Of a stretch of DNA of 64,000 nucleotides, positions 1-10,637 are shown one piece after another. Below the pieces are notes generated by a model. The model did not search any database. It was not told the DNA's origin and was given only the letters and a program-made list of their open reading frames with translations. Positions within the stretch are counted from its first letter, which is position 1. Every line of letters starts with the position of its first letter. Source of the stretch: Craspedostauros australis (taxonomy: Eukaryota). Both the position numbers and the translations under genes were made by a program. The stretch is taken from positions 62,001 to 126,000 of the forward strand of contig JALAGF010006529.1 in NCBI GenBank assembly GCA_030167865.1. Direction: 5' to 3'.

Positions 1-1
1 C

Positions 2-3000
2 ATGATGCATCGCGCGCGCGATCTCTTCAAGGAGCGCTTTGTCCTCGGGAATCAGGGAGACTACGACAGCCAGCTCGGCTCTACCGGCTTCGTACCAGTA
101 GACGCAAAAGCAGACGCAACAACAGACAAGGAGGGAGAACAACGATCTGCCCAAAGTGTCGAACAAGCGGTGGTTGGACTCAACGCGGTCCCCCCGTTGG
201 TGAATGTTGCCGTACCCATGGAAAGCACAATCGATGCGTACGTTTCACCACCCATCGTTCCCACCGATTTGAAGAAGGAGCTCGTCGATGAAATGGCCCA
301 ACGATGCAACGACGGTTTCATCGTGACCGAGCTTGTGCAGATTGCAGACCTCGACAGCAACTTCCGGGCTGCCTTGAACAATGCCTTCCTTGTGTGCGCC
401 ATCGACCCACGCAAGCTGCCATTCCTCAAGCGCCATCTCGACTCGTCCGTTGTGGAGCTGGAGGGCGGCGGGCGAGGCAAGATGACCGCCAGCACTCAGC
501 TGACGCTCTTCTTGGAACTCTTCGCATTCTCTGACATGCACGGCGTGACACCGAACCACCGTGTGCGTGAAATCGCCATCCACATTGCGAATACCTTCTT
601 TCTGCCGACCAAGGTCGATGATGAGCTGCAGCCGCCCGTCTTTGACTTCCATCACATCGTCCCGGACTCTTCGTTGCGGCATTTGGAGTTCGTTCTGAGC
701 GGGAACAGCCAGAACATTCCGCGCGATGCCTTCCTCGATTTCCAAAAAGCCATCGTGGAGTCCTTGGTGGGCATCCCCTTCCTCTCATTCCTAATGTCTG
801 CCGAATGCGCCCGTATGCGGGGGTACTTACGCAGCACTGCGCCACACATCAACCTGCCGCTGCACTCCATCGTGCACAACTCGGATGCTCGGTCCACGGA
901 CGCCAACGCCAAGAACTCATTCGCTTATATCCTGGTCTACCTTTTATGTCAGCTTGAGAAAGATGGCATCGGTGACAACGGTCTCTTCTCTGCCGAGGGA
1001 AATCGTCACTTCGGAGCAGCAAGCGGATTGTGCTGCGTGCTGTTCATCCGCGGCGTTCTCCTCCCAGCATTGGAAGATGCACGAAAAGCGAATTCCAAGC
1101 TGGCAACCAGCAAGCCAACCTCCGGTGCAAAGCAAGCAGAAACAGATGCAAACCCTTCGTCAACCAATGGCGGCAACGATGGCAACGATCAAAGCAATGG
1201 GAAAGCGCAAGTCGATGACGAGGGCATTGAGCAAACCTGGATTCATCTCAAGGACGTGTTCGAACGATTGTGGGAAGCCTTCATTTCTCCTCAAGTTGGT
1301 TCGCTCCAAATGCTCAAGGCAGCAAATGAAACAGAGACGGCGCTCAAGATTGTGCAGAAGATTCTCACCGATATATCCACAATGAACACAACCACGGGAA
1401 GCTCGCAACCAGCCAGCTCCAAAAATTCCAAGCAGGGCCAAGAGCAGGTGCCTCAAAACCTGCTCACTGCGTTGCTGGACAAGAGCCTCGAAAATGCCAT
1501 CGTGCGTCTGTCCGAGGAACTCCTGTACGACTACGCCGCGAACACGCACGTCAAGTTCAAGGAGCACAAGTTTTACGAGCTGATGTGCAGCGAGCTTTGC
1601 AAGAGGCGTGTGGTTGGTTCGACTCACGTGCACAAGCAGGAGCTGCAAACGTTCCCGCAGGGATCCATCAAGCGATTGCTCCGGAAGGTCGAGCTTCCCG
1701 TTGGGATATCCTCGCACAAGCCATCCTACGCCTTCGCGGGTGCAGGCAAAGGTGTGGGTGCGAGTGCAGGCGCAAGCGCAAGCAAGTCGATGTCAGGCAC
1801 ATCTTCTCGCAATGTTCCGGACGAGACGCAAAGGCCAAAGACTGCCGAATTCGCGATCGTCTTTGGGTCGGCCGATGCGCAGAGGCGATCCGAACTTCCA
1901 GCGATTGCAGGCATGGAGCATTCGAATGCAAGACGATTCGCTGGCCTCCAGCTTGGAGCATCCTCGGACGATGGCACAGGAGCGCTGGACAGCGCCGTCG
2001 TGCCGGACACCTTTGAGAACTACGCCGTCGTCCCACAACCAAAACGGCGCCATTTCTTCAACCAAAGCCCAGATGCGATCGTCAGCAAAGACGGGTGGTC
2101 TGTGTCGTTGGTGAACTTCATCATTCCCAACAATGACAGCGGGGAGGGTGATCCCACCGAGTCTGCACTGTTTGGAGTCTCTCTCGTCTTCCACAAAGTG
2201 GGTGACGGTAGGAAACTTCACGATGACGATGGTCGTGATCGGACACCAATCGAAGTGCTCACCAGAGATGATGCCGGGGCTCCATCGGTGATTCAATCGA
2301 ATAACGATGACACAGCGATGTCCTCCGGTGTGGGCGACGTCACAGATGGCAAAGTGACTGCGTCAGAAGATGGCGAAGACAAGCAAGCTTCTTCTCCACA
2401 GCCCAAGCCCACCCAGGAAGAAGGTGCAGATATCAAAGATGAAAAGAAACAAGCCGTTGTTAACAACACCGGCAAGGACGATGCCGTGGTTGACAATGGC
2501 GACACTGGCACTGGCGCTGGCACTAGTGCTGATAAGAACGATGACAAGAACAATGACAAGACTGACGATCAGAGAGATGATGGCACTGACAAAGCAAGTT
2601 CCACAAAGCCTTCAGAGACCATCCCCGACGCTGCTGTGATCGGAACTAGCGAAACAGCTAAATCAAGTGCGGAAAACGCTGACGCAACTGCGGATGCATC
2701 GATAGGAGAGCATACAGAGACTCCGGGTGCAAAGAAGTCAACCACAGTAGAAATGGACGCAACTGCAACAGTGGAAGGTTCAACTTTCGAGGTTTGCTTC
2801 AAAGCCTCGGAGGGGCAGGCTGCTGATCATGCTGCAAGTGAGCAGACTTCATCCAGTGGGATACTGCAGCTCCGGCTGCCAATGCAGGCGCCGGTGTTCA
2901 AGGCAGAAGTAGAGGGGCATTCGTGGATCACTTCCATCTTGGACGATTACGATGACGATGACGATCACTTTGACGGCGGGGACGAAAGCAATTCCAACGA

Positions 3001-4288
3001 TGGTGATGACGTCAATGAAGTTGATCCAAAAGTTGACCAAGAACAGGACGGTGTCGACTCACAAGTTTCAGAAGAGAAGCCCGATGGGACGATCCTGGTC
3101 GGTCTCGCCTTGGCGTGTCGGCAAAACACGGTCATTTCCATGAGGGATGTACTATCGAAGCTGATTCAAGACTTCTCCGACCATTGCGTTTCGGACGGCG
3201 GCGCGGCCAATCCATCCAACCCACAATCGCTGCGTTGCTCGCCATTGGTGGATGCCTTGGGAGCTTTTGCGAACCAAGAAGTCGAGGTCGGTGCGTTGAA
3301 TGCCATTCTGCAACCCTACCTCAGCTTGGCGTCGTCGCCATGGCAGGAACGCCCGATCGGGGCCCAAAAGGAAGAGTTCGAGTTGCAATCGGTGCGGAGG
3401 ATGACAGAATGCCTCCCGCCAACCCCGCTGGCGCTGATGTTCGTCACAGCCTTGCTCGAGCAGAAGATCGTTCTGTCATCAACCCGTCGCAGCGCGCTTC
3501 ATTCTGTCGCAACCGGCCTCGCGACCATCCTGCGCCCGCTCAAGTGGGGTCATCTACTGGCTCCGCTGGTTCCTGCGAGCATCGCCACCGACCTCATCCA
3601 GTATCCCGCACCCTTCATCCTGGGCGTTTGTTCCGAAGACGCGGAGAGCGCCAGTTTGCTTGCAGACCTCCCCAGCGACGTCACGTTGGTCGATCTGGAC
3701 GTTGGAAGGGTGATCTTGGCCCCATCGTTCGGTCGTGACAACGAGATGGTCACTAAGTCCGCAAATGCCGAAGCGACCATGAAAGCGCTTCGATCGCAGA
3801 CCCTGTACTTGGCACAATCCCTCGGGTACGTGTTTGGCTCATGCATCTCGCCGGATTCGTGGAATTGCGACGCTGTGACTTTTGGCGCATCGCCGTCGCT
3901 GATAGGTTCGACAGACGGAGCTCGCGGTGCCAACCCTACTGGCCATCCAAACGGGGCGTGCAAGAACTTCATCCAGACAGTGCGATCGTTCATCGACGAA
4001 TTGTTGGCGGGGTCTGAATCGTGCTCGTACTGGGTCCAGGAAGCATCCGCCGTTGGGATGGGCGGCACTTCCGGGGACGAAGCCACTGTGCTGTTTGACG
4101 AAGATCGTTTCTTCCACATTAAGAACTTCCGCAGCCAGAAGGACAGCCATCGTCTCTTTGACAAGACCACGTCGAGTTTGGCTCTCAAGGTGGACGACTT
4201 TGACTTGATCTTGGAAAGTCTGCTGCGCTGCCAATCGATCAGCACGTACGTCAGTTCCAGACCGAAGGAGACAATGATCTACCATTAG
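2..4288 (+). CDS. RGS-like domain + DENN domain protein (Rab GEF family), probably 5'-truncated by the window edge
   Basis: 1428-aa ORF. The C-terminal cDENN motifs are ALLEQKIVLSS, LRPLKWGHLLAPLVP, YPAPFILGV and DVTLVDLD. The N-terminal segment LFLELFAF...IAIHIANTFF...AFLDFQKAIVESL...FLSFLMS fits an RGS helical bundle. Confidence 0.8.
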   Translation: MMHRARDLFKERFVLGNQGDYDSQLGSTGFVPVDAKADATTDKEGEQRSAQSVEQAVVGLNAVPPLVNVAVPMESTIDAYVSPPIVPTDLKKELVDEMAQRCNDGFIVTELVQIADLDSNFRAALNNAFLVCAIDPRKLPFLKRHLDSSVVELEGGGRGKMTASTQLTLFLELFAFSDMHGVTPNHRVREIAIHIANTFFLPTKVDDELQPPVFDFHHIVPDSSLRHLEFVLSGNSQNIPRDAFLDFQKAIVESLVGIPFLSFLMSAECARMRGYLRSTAPHINLPLHSIVHNSDARSTDANAKNSFAYILVYLLCQLEKDGIGDNGLFSAEGNRHFGAASGLCCVLFIRGVLLPALEDARKANSKLATSKPTSGAKQAETDANPSSTNGGNDGNDQSNGKAQVDDEGIEQTWIHLKDVFERLWEAFISPQVGSLQMLKAANETETALKIVQKILTDISTMNTTTGSSQPASSKNSKQGQEQVPQNLLTALLDKSLENAIVRLSEELLYDYAANTHVKFKEHKFYELMCSELCKRRVVGSTHVHKQELQTFPQGSIKRLLRKVELPVGISSHKPSYAFAGAGKGVGASAGASASKSMSGTSSRNVPDETQRPKTAEFAIVFGSADAQRRSELPAIAGMEHSNARRFAGLQLGASSDDGTGALDSAVVPDTFENYAVVPQPKRRHFFNQSPDAIVSKDGWSVSLVNFIIPNNDSGEGDPTESALFGVSLVFHKVGDGRKLHDDDGRDRTPIEVLTRDDAGAPSVIQSNNDDTAMSSGVGDVTDGKVTASEDGEDKQASSPQPKPTQEEGADIKDEKKQAVVNNTGKDDAVVDNGDTGTGAGTSADKNDDKNNDKTDDQRDDGTDKASSTKPSETIPDAAVIGTSETAKSSAENADATADASIGEHTETPGAKKSTTVEMDATATVEGSTFEVCFKASEGQAADHAASEQTSSSGILQLRLPMQAPVFKAEVEGHSWITSILDDYDDDDDHFDGGDESNSNDGDDVNEVDPKVDQEQDGVDSQVSEEKPDGTILVGLALACRQNTVISMRDVLSKLIQDFSDHCVSDGGAANPSNPQSLRCSPLVDALGAFANQEVEVGALNAILQPYLSLASSPWQERPIGAQKEEFELQSVRRMTECLPPTPLALMFVTALLEQKIVLSSTRRSALHSVATGLATILRPLKWGHLLAPLVPASIATDLIQYPAPFILGVCSEDAESASLLADLPSDVTLVDLDVGRVILAPSFGRDNEMVTKSANAEATMKALRSQTLYLAQSLGYVFGSCISPDSWNCDAVTFGASPSLIGSTDGARGANPTGHPNGACKNFIQTVRSFIDELLAGSESCSYWVQEASAVGMGGTSGDEATVLFDEDRFFHIKNFRSQKDSHRLFDKTTSSLALKVDDFDLILESLLRCQSISTYVSSRPKETMIYH

Positions 4289-4479
4289 CTTGCGAGGGTA
4301 CGAGGACGATTAGTGATGACGATGGTACTCCTCTGCTCTCCACGTGTTTCAAGTACGTCCGTTGGCGCAAATGCGCTGCACTCTCCAAGGACGATGCACA
4401 TATTCTGCTGCTACACATCTAAACTACTATCTACGAAATACAATCGCTTTTACAATTGTTACGACTCCAGTCAACCCCA

Positions 4480-6738
4480 TCACAGGAAAATGTCCTGTGG
4501 TGTCCATTCCTCAGCTTCTGCCGTTGCCGCTGCTGGCATCGCTGCGGGCGTTGGGAATTGCATCGTTGCCGCAAAACCAATTGTATTCGGCGAACGGTGG
4601 ATTCGATGAGCGTCCTGCTCGTACGAGCAATCCAGGACGGAGAAAGGGTGGCGTTTTGGAACGATTTGATGTTCGAATCCGTACGAGGAGTCTGCCTTCT
4701 GCGCATGGCAATGAAGGGGCGAGTGCCGTCGTCTCTTCACAGCAGGTATTTCATACTCATGCATTTCGTGCATGCCGAGCAACTCTTGGGCACGATGATC
4801 AGTTCCTGCGGCGCATGTATATGCATCGACGGCTCCGTGCACCAAGGATGACGGTACGGTATTGTGCTGATTGTTCATGCGATTATGAGTAGTAGTAGCA
4901 GTGCCAGTAGCAGTACCAGTAGGCACCATCACCGATCCGGGAAGATTCGACGATGCGTTCTCGTTGCCGAGGCACTGGAGTAGAGTCTTTGGGTTGGTGA
5001 GTGAAGAAATTGCCGGTGACGGAAGCTCTGGCACATTGATCACAAACGAGTGCTGATGGGAGCGCTGATGGGTGGCATCTTGACCGCGAACATGTTGGAG
5101 CGTGCGCTTGGTTGCCTTGGGATGCCGGCGAACGAAATCGTAGCGATCCAGCGCTTGAGTGGCCGTTGGACGTTTCTGCGGGTCCAGATGAAGGAGCGCC
5201 TCCATGAGGGATATCCCGTCATGTGACATTGACGGGAGATGCGTGCACAAGTTCTGGTACGCCACGCTTCGAGACTCCCGCCGGATCTGGTTTTGCATTG
5301 GCCCCGCTTGATCATGCATCTCTGTTTGCGCCGGCATCTGCGTTGCCCACGTCCAGTCTTTCGAATTGAGAATGCGATGCCCCTTGGGCCAATATTCCTT
5401 CAGCGAACCGCACAGCTCCAAGATGTGAGCGAGCTGCTTGATTTCATCCGTGCCGGGGAAGAGCGGGCGCAATGTGCTGATCTCGTACATGATGCAGCCG
5501 ACAGCGAACAGATCGGCCGGCTTGGAGTAGGTTCGATCCCCGAGGATGAGTTCTGGCGCGCGGTACCACCGCGTCCCGACGTAGCTGGTCATGGTCGATG
5601 TCGACGAGTTGGCGAGGCACCGCGCGAGACCGAGATCCGAAATCTTGACCTGCCGCCCCGAAATCAAGACATTTTCTGGCTTCATATCCCGGTGGATGAA
5701 ATCCTTGCCGTGAATGAAGCGAACGCCAAGCAGGATCTGCTGCGTGATGCTGGCAATGTCGGAGATGGAATCCAGATCAAAATGGGACGCAGAGCGAGAG
5801 CGAGAGGCATCGAGTGGTGATCGTCTGTCCGCATGGGTACCGTTGATTCGTTTGTTGCTGACATTTATATTTGTGTCATGCTGTTGGCCGAGGTGAGCGT
5901 TGTCAAACATGTCAGCAGAACCATGTTGTTGATGCTGATGCTGACGGCGGCGTTGCGCGCTGATCCTTCGTTTGACCGTCTCGGCAACGAGATTGTGCAA
6001 GCTTCCGTCCTCCATGTAGTCGAGGACAAAGTACAAGCATCCGGAGGATTCACGGATAATGTCGTAGACGCGAACGACATTCCTCCCAGCCTCGCAGTGC
6101 GCGAGAGCATGGAGGGCGACGAATTCTCTACTCTTGCTCGCTGCCTGCCAGTTTTCGTAGGCATGTTCCACGTACTTGATGGCTCTCTGTTTTGTCGTGT
6201 CGCACGATACGTTGTGCGTTATGTTGAGAGGTGGGAAGTGGCAAGGAACATGGATTGAGCGTGTGAGAAGAGCATCGTGGTGTTATACTTGATGAGGAAG
6301 CATAGCTTGCATATTCCACACAGCAGCATGTTGTGCGGTCGGACAAACACAACATGCACATTGTGGACCATCGTGAATCATCGTGAAGTATTGTGAGCTT
6401 TCGTTGCCGTGCTCAAACGGCGACGCGGCATTCTGGGGAAGCTGGTGTGCAAATTCGGCGCCAAACCGTGCTTTGGCGGCCGCGAAATCGCAACGGAGTG
6501 AAGTTTCTGATCTTGCTCTCTGTGTCATCCTGAGGTGCTTTGTGTGTGGGAAAGCTGATGCCAATGCAGTAGTGATGGCATGGCATGGCATGGCATGACA
6601 TGGCGTAACATGTTCGGTGGTTGTCTGGCGATCATTCCTGTTTGGTCTCACCAATTCTCCTGTGGTCTTCTTCCTTGCGAGCCGAACGACACCGAAAGTG
6701 CCGCGTCCGAGGACTTCGCCAACGTCGTATCTTTCCAT
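4480..6738 (-). CDS. MAK/ICK (RCK)-like CMGC Ser/Thr protein kinase, 2 exons (6738-6652, 6186-4480)
   Basis: Exon 1 encodes MERYDVGEVLGRGTFGVV (Gly loop) and ends at a GTGAGA donor (6651). A CAG acceptor at 6187 restores the frame into RAIK. Other motifs: HRDMKPEN, DLG, TSYVGTRWYRAPE. The MERY start and TxY-V-x-TRWYRAPE are typical of the MAK family. Confidence 0.85.
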
Positions 6739-7438
6739 GATGTGGTAGATCCTCGCATCCTCGTTACCAGCAGGTTGGTTCCATGGAGGATGACCGAGCG
6801 GGACGGGAAGAGGCTGAGGGCATTCGCTTCTGGATGTCCTAATGTGGATGCTCTATTGTGGATGCCCTATTTGTTGTTGCGGCGGAGGTTATGGACTCCA
6901 TGATAGACTGTTCTTCTTGCTGCAACAAGCAGGCAAGATCTGAACCAAGGAGAGAGCGGGTCAACTCGCGGCAACTTGGTGGACGAAACACGAAGAGAGA
7001 AGGCAGAGGACATTCCGCGTGTTGTCGTGTGTGCGTCAACTTTGTGGCGCGAAATGATGGCGCTTCGGCGATCACGTGTCTTATGCGACATGACGACGTT
7101 CTGACAATTCCACCGAGCGTGGATGGATGAATCACGCATGCCTCGTCGCGACCGACGTGATCCGAAGACTGTTGGAATCGTGTTTGAAATGGCACGGGAT
7201 CCAAGAGCGACAGTCACAAAGCCAAACCAAGAAAAGAAGAAACAGAGAGAAACCACGGAATCAAGAGAGGAAAACAGGCAACGGGGAAGGGGAAAGAGGA
7301 GAGAGACCGAAGAGGATCGGCGACTACATAGTCGCACTCCATTATAATACTTGCGTAACAGAAGAGTGGAAGGGAGAAAGGGACGGCCTTGCTGATAGTG
7401 ACACCGCGCTGGACGTCATTCCTTTGCTCTAAACCAGA

Positions 7439-10267
7439 ATGATGACAGGTGGTCCACACGATGTACAAGGCCAAGCCGCAGTTGCAGCCGCAACCGTGGT
7501 TGGAGCATCAGTTGCAGTTGCAGTGGCAGAGGAAGTGACAGAGGAAGTGGCAGGACAGAGTTCTGCAGTTCGATCGGTAGAAGAAGTAGAAGAGGACGCC
7601 TCCTCAAGTCATGAAGCAAAGATGCGGCAGGAGATCGCACCGTCTTCATCAACGAGTACGCCTGCGCACGAGACCGTGCCACAATTCACGATGCCATCCG
7701 CATCCATGCCCATGGCCACACCCACACCAGCTGCACCTGCACCTGCACCTGCACCTTCAACAGTATCCGCGGTAGCCTCGTTGAATGCGGCCATGGTTGT
7801 TGAAGAAGACAGCGAAGCTATGGAGACCGGGGGAATATCGCCATTGGCCATCCATGCTCCACTGTTGCCATTGCACGCAAAACATGAAATCGGAGCATCA
7901 TGGCCGCAGAACGACATCGACGTGGAGATTGGCCATAGTGCTACGATTAGTAGTGCAAGCAATGGCAACAGAACCGATGACATTCACATCAACAACAGCA
8001 GCAACACTAGCAGCAACAACAACGACGAAGGCAATGATCACATGGATCAAGGGGCCGCCAAATCAATCTCCGCCATCCCTGAACAGAACTCTTGTGAAGC
8101 GAGACCATCGCTCGACCCATCAACAGCTTCAGCCGCACGACCGCTGCAGATTTCGGATACAACTTTTGGTTTGCGGGGTGCGGCCACAATGGCACCGCCC
8201 CCTTCGCCAAAAGTAGAATTCACGGAAGTACGCATTGCCGCCTCTCCAGCTCTGCCTGTCGCTACCAACGAGGTCCCACCGCCACCTCAAGCATTGCAAT
8301 CACCAAGAAGACGCGGCATTTGCTGTCGCACGGTGATCTGCGCCACGAATACGTGCACGATAACGTTTGGCATAATTGTCATCTTCGCGATCATCCTGCT
8401 CATCCTCGTTCTCTATTTCATCCCGACGATGATGGTCGGTTCCATCGTTGGGTGCATATACTACTGCAAAACAACGCAGTCCATGCCAATCCGCGCACTC
8501 ACAGCATTCATGTTCGCGACCAATCCCAGAGAAGGCCTGGACTTCCAGACCTTGCACGAAAGCCACGGAGATCGGGCTGCAGCCTTTCGATCGAAGGTCA
8601 TCGTGCGTAAGCTCGTCCGCATGGTTGATCGGGAGGATTCGGAAGGGTGCACTGCATCTCAGTCTCCGTCCAATCATGACCACCACTACCTCAAGTACCC
8701 GCCACCATACTCGCGATCCCATCTGGGACCAGTTCGAATAATGACAGAGACCAAGTGCATGGACTTTTCCAGGCCGCTAGCTGCGGGCAAGGATGATCCA
8801 TGTGATCAGGAACAGAAATCTGCAGATAAGGAATCGCACGCAAATGCTTGTACATATACAAATGCACACGCGAATGCGTGTGAAGTTGAGCATGACCCCA
8901 AGCGTCTGAACGGCCATCAAGTGACGAAAGACGCAGCAGAGACAACGAGTGGCAACACCGTCGTGTCCCTGACGTCCGGATCAGGGCCAACGGCCACGTC
9001 AACATCGGTATTAGGTACACCATCAACACGGCCATCAACCTCCTCGACGCTCGAATACCAAATGGAGGAGGGGCTGGTCGACCAGTCGCCGGCCATCTCC
9101 AAAGCCAGCCAACAGCAACATGCACGCGAGTCAGCGGATGCAATAGATCCCACTGTGGACACAGAACTCTCTCAACTCCCTACTTGCGCTGCTGAGGTGG
9201 ATGGTGGCGTCATGTCCAACGACCGCATTGGAAAAAGCACAAACGAGTCCGACCGTCCACCATTGTCTAAGTCAAACGAAAACAACACAAGATCCACTGG
9301 CGCGGCTGGAAAAATCGGTCTGACGGGCGCATTCGCCATCGTCCATCAAGAGATGAAAGGGATCGCATTTTCATCCGCAGGGCCACAAAAGTCAGTACAG
9401 GCTGGACCGATGGGTGAATCATCCAGTGCGGCAAGCATCCAGAGCAGCGGGAGTGCACGTGATGGCATCCGTCGGAATCGGCAGCTGGAAGATGATGGTA
9501 CAACGCCCCAGGATGTTGCAAGCATGCGAGTCCTCAGTACATCGAAAGAGTGCAATCCAGAACATGACAGCGATCAAGCATGTGACGCTCAAACGGACAA
9601 GGGTGGGTACGCGAGCCAAGCGGATCACGGCGACGACAAGCTCAACACGGATTGCAGTGATCGTCCATTCCACGACGAAGAGGAGACCTGCGGAAAGAGT
9701 GGCCACCAGCACGAACAGCATCCCAACGAACGGCAAGGATCGCAAACTTCTCCTGATGAAGTCAATGTCGCCCGTGATGGTTGCAGTTGTGATATCGCGA
9801 ATCGCGCTGATGACAATCTCAACAATTCGACCAGTCGCAACAGCTGCAGCTGTAAAATTGCAAGCGAGGACTACGGCAGTACAGCTGACAATGAGACTGG
9901 CAATGGCAATGGCAATGGTAATGGCAATGAGGCGGTGGGGGAAGAGGAGGTTTGTGCTCGTAAGAAGGAGGGGGACGGTGACGGGAATACCGACGAGGCG
10001 GAGGATGGCGACGACGACGACGATGATCAATCACAGGATCGCGCAGTTGTTTGCGACATTTGCTTGCTGGAGTTCGAGGAGGGTGACTTGGTGGCGTGGT
10101 CACCGAACAGCTCATGCGTCCACTCCTTCCATGCGGAATGCATAGCAGATTGGCTGGTCCAAAAGCCCACATGCCCTCACTGCCGTCACAACTACATTCG
10201 GGACAACGGAGAGAAGAGACTTGTCCGGCCTGCTTTCCACCAGGTGCTGGCGACGTCCTTTCAGTGA
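7439..10267 (+). CDS. Membrane-anchored RING-H2 E3 ubiquitin ligase (paralog A)
   Basis: 942-aa ORF with a hydrophobic TM region (FGIIVIFAIILLILVLYFIPTMMVGSIVGCIYYC), a long disordered linker and a C-terminal RING-H2 (CDIC...CVHSFHAEC...WL...CPHC). Confidence 0.85.
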   Translation: MMTGGPHDVQGQAAVAAATVVGASVAVAVAEEVTEEVAGQSSAVRSVEEVEEDASSSHEAKMRQEIAPSSSTSTPAHETVPQFTMPSASMPMATPTPAAPAPAPAPSTVSAVASLNAAMVVEEDSEAMETGGISPLAIHAPLLPLHAKHEIGASWPQNDIDVEIGHSATISSASNGNRTDDIHINNSSNTSSNNNDEGNDHMDQGAAKSISAIPEQNSCEARPSLDPSTASAARPLQISDTTFGLRGAATMAPPPSPKVEFTEVRIAASPALPVATNEVPPPPQALQSPRRRGICCRTVICATNTCTITFGIIVIFAIILLILVLYFIPTMMVGSIVGCIYYCKTTQSMPIRALTAFMFATNPREGLDFQTLHESHGDRAAAFRSKVIVRKLVRMVDREDSEGCTASQSPSNHDHHYLKYPPPYSRSHLGPVRIMTETKCMDFSRPLAAGKDDPCDQEQKSADKESHANACTYTNAHANACEVEHDPKRLNGHQVTKDAAETTSGNTVVSLTSGSGPTATSTSVLGTPSTRPSTSSTLEYQMEEGLVDQSPAISKASQQQHARESADAIDPTVDTELSQLPTCAAEVDGGVMSNDRIGKSTNESDRPPLSKSNENNTRSTGAAGKIGLTGAFAIVHQEMKGIAFSSAGPQKSVQAGPMGESSSAASIQSSGSARDGIRRNRQLEDDGTTPQDVASMRVLSTSKECNPEHDSDQACDAQTDKGGYASQADHGDDKLNTDCSDRPFHDEEETCGKSGHQHEQHPNERQGSQTSPDEVNVARDGCSCDIANRADDNLNNSTSRNSCSCKIASEDYGSTADNETGNGNGNGNGNEAVGEEEVCARKKEGDGDGNTDEAEDGDDDDDDQSQDRAVVCDICLLEFEEGDLVAWSPNSSCVHSFHAECIADWLVQKPTCPHCRHNYIRDNGEKRLVRPAFHQVLATSFQ

Positions 10268-10637
10268 TTCTGTCACAACGCTATCCTGCAGCCACCAGGA
10301 CGATTGAAAAACCCTACTATAACACGTACTAATTCTAGTATTGGTACGAGTATGTATGAGTAGAAACTCGAAGTAATCGCAAGTTCATGGGTCGAATCAA
10401 TAGTCGCGACCGGTCTTGAACGAAGAAGGTAGTGCAACTTGAGTCTGCAGATTGCGGACTGTCCATGGACGTGCACGGATACACATCGTGATGGGATGGA
10501 TGATTCCTTGGGCCCTGCAATGCGTATGTACTCATCCAAGTCCTCGTGGAAAGGTGCTCGACAGTCATCATACCAACTTGTGCGTCATCCAACTCTGGAG
10601 AGTAGTATAATACGTGCTCGGATGGTATCTGTTGGTT

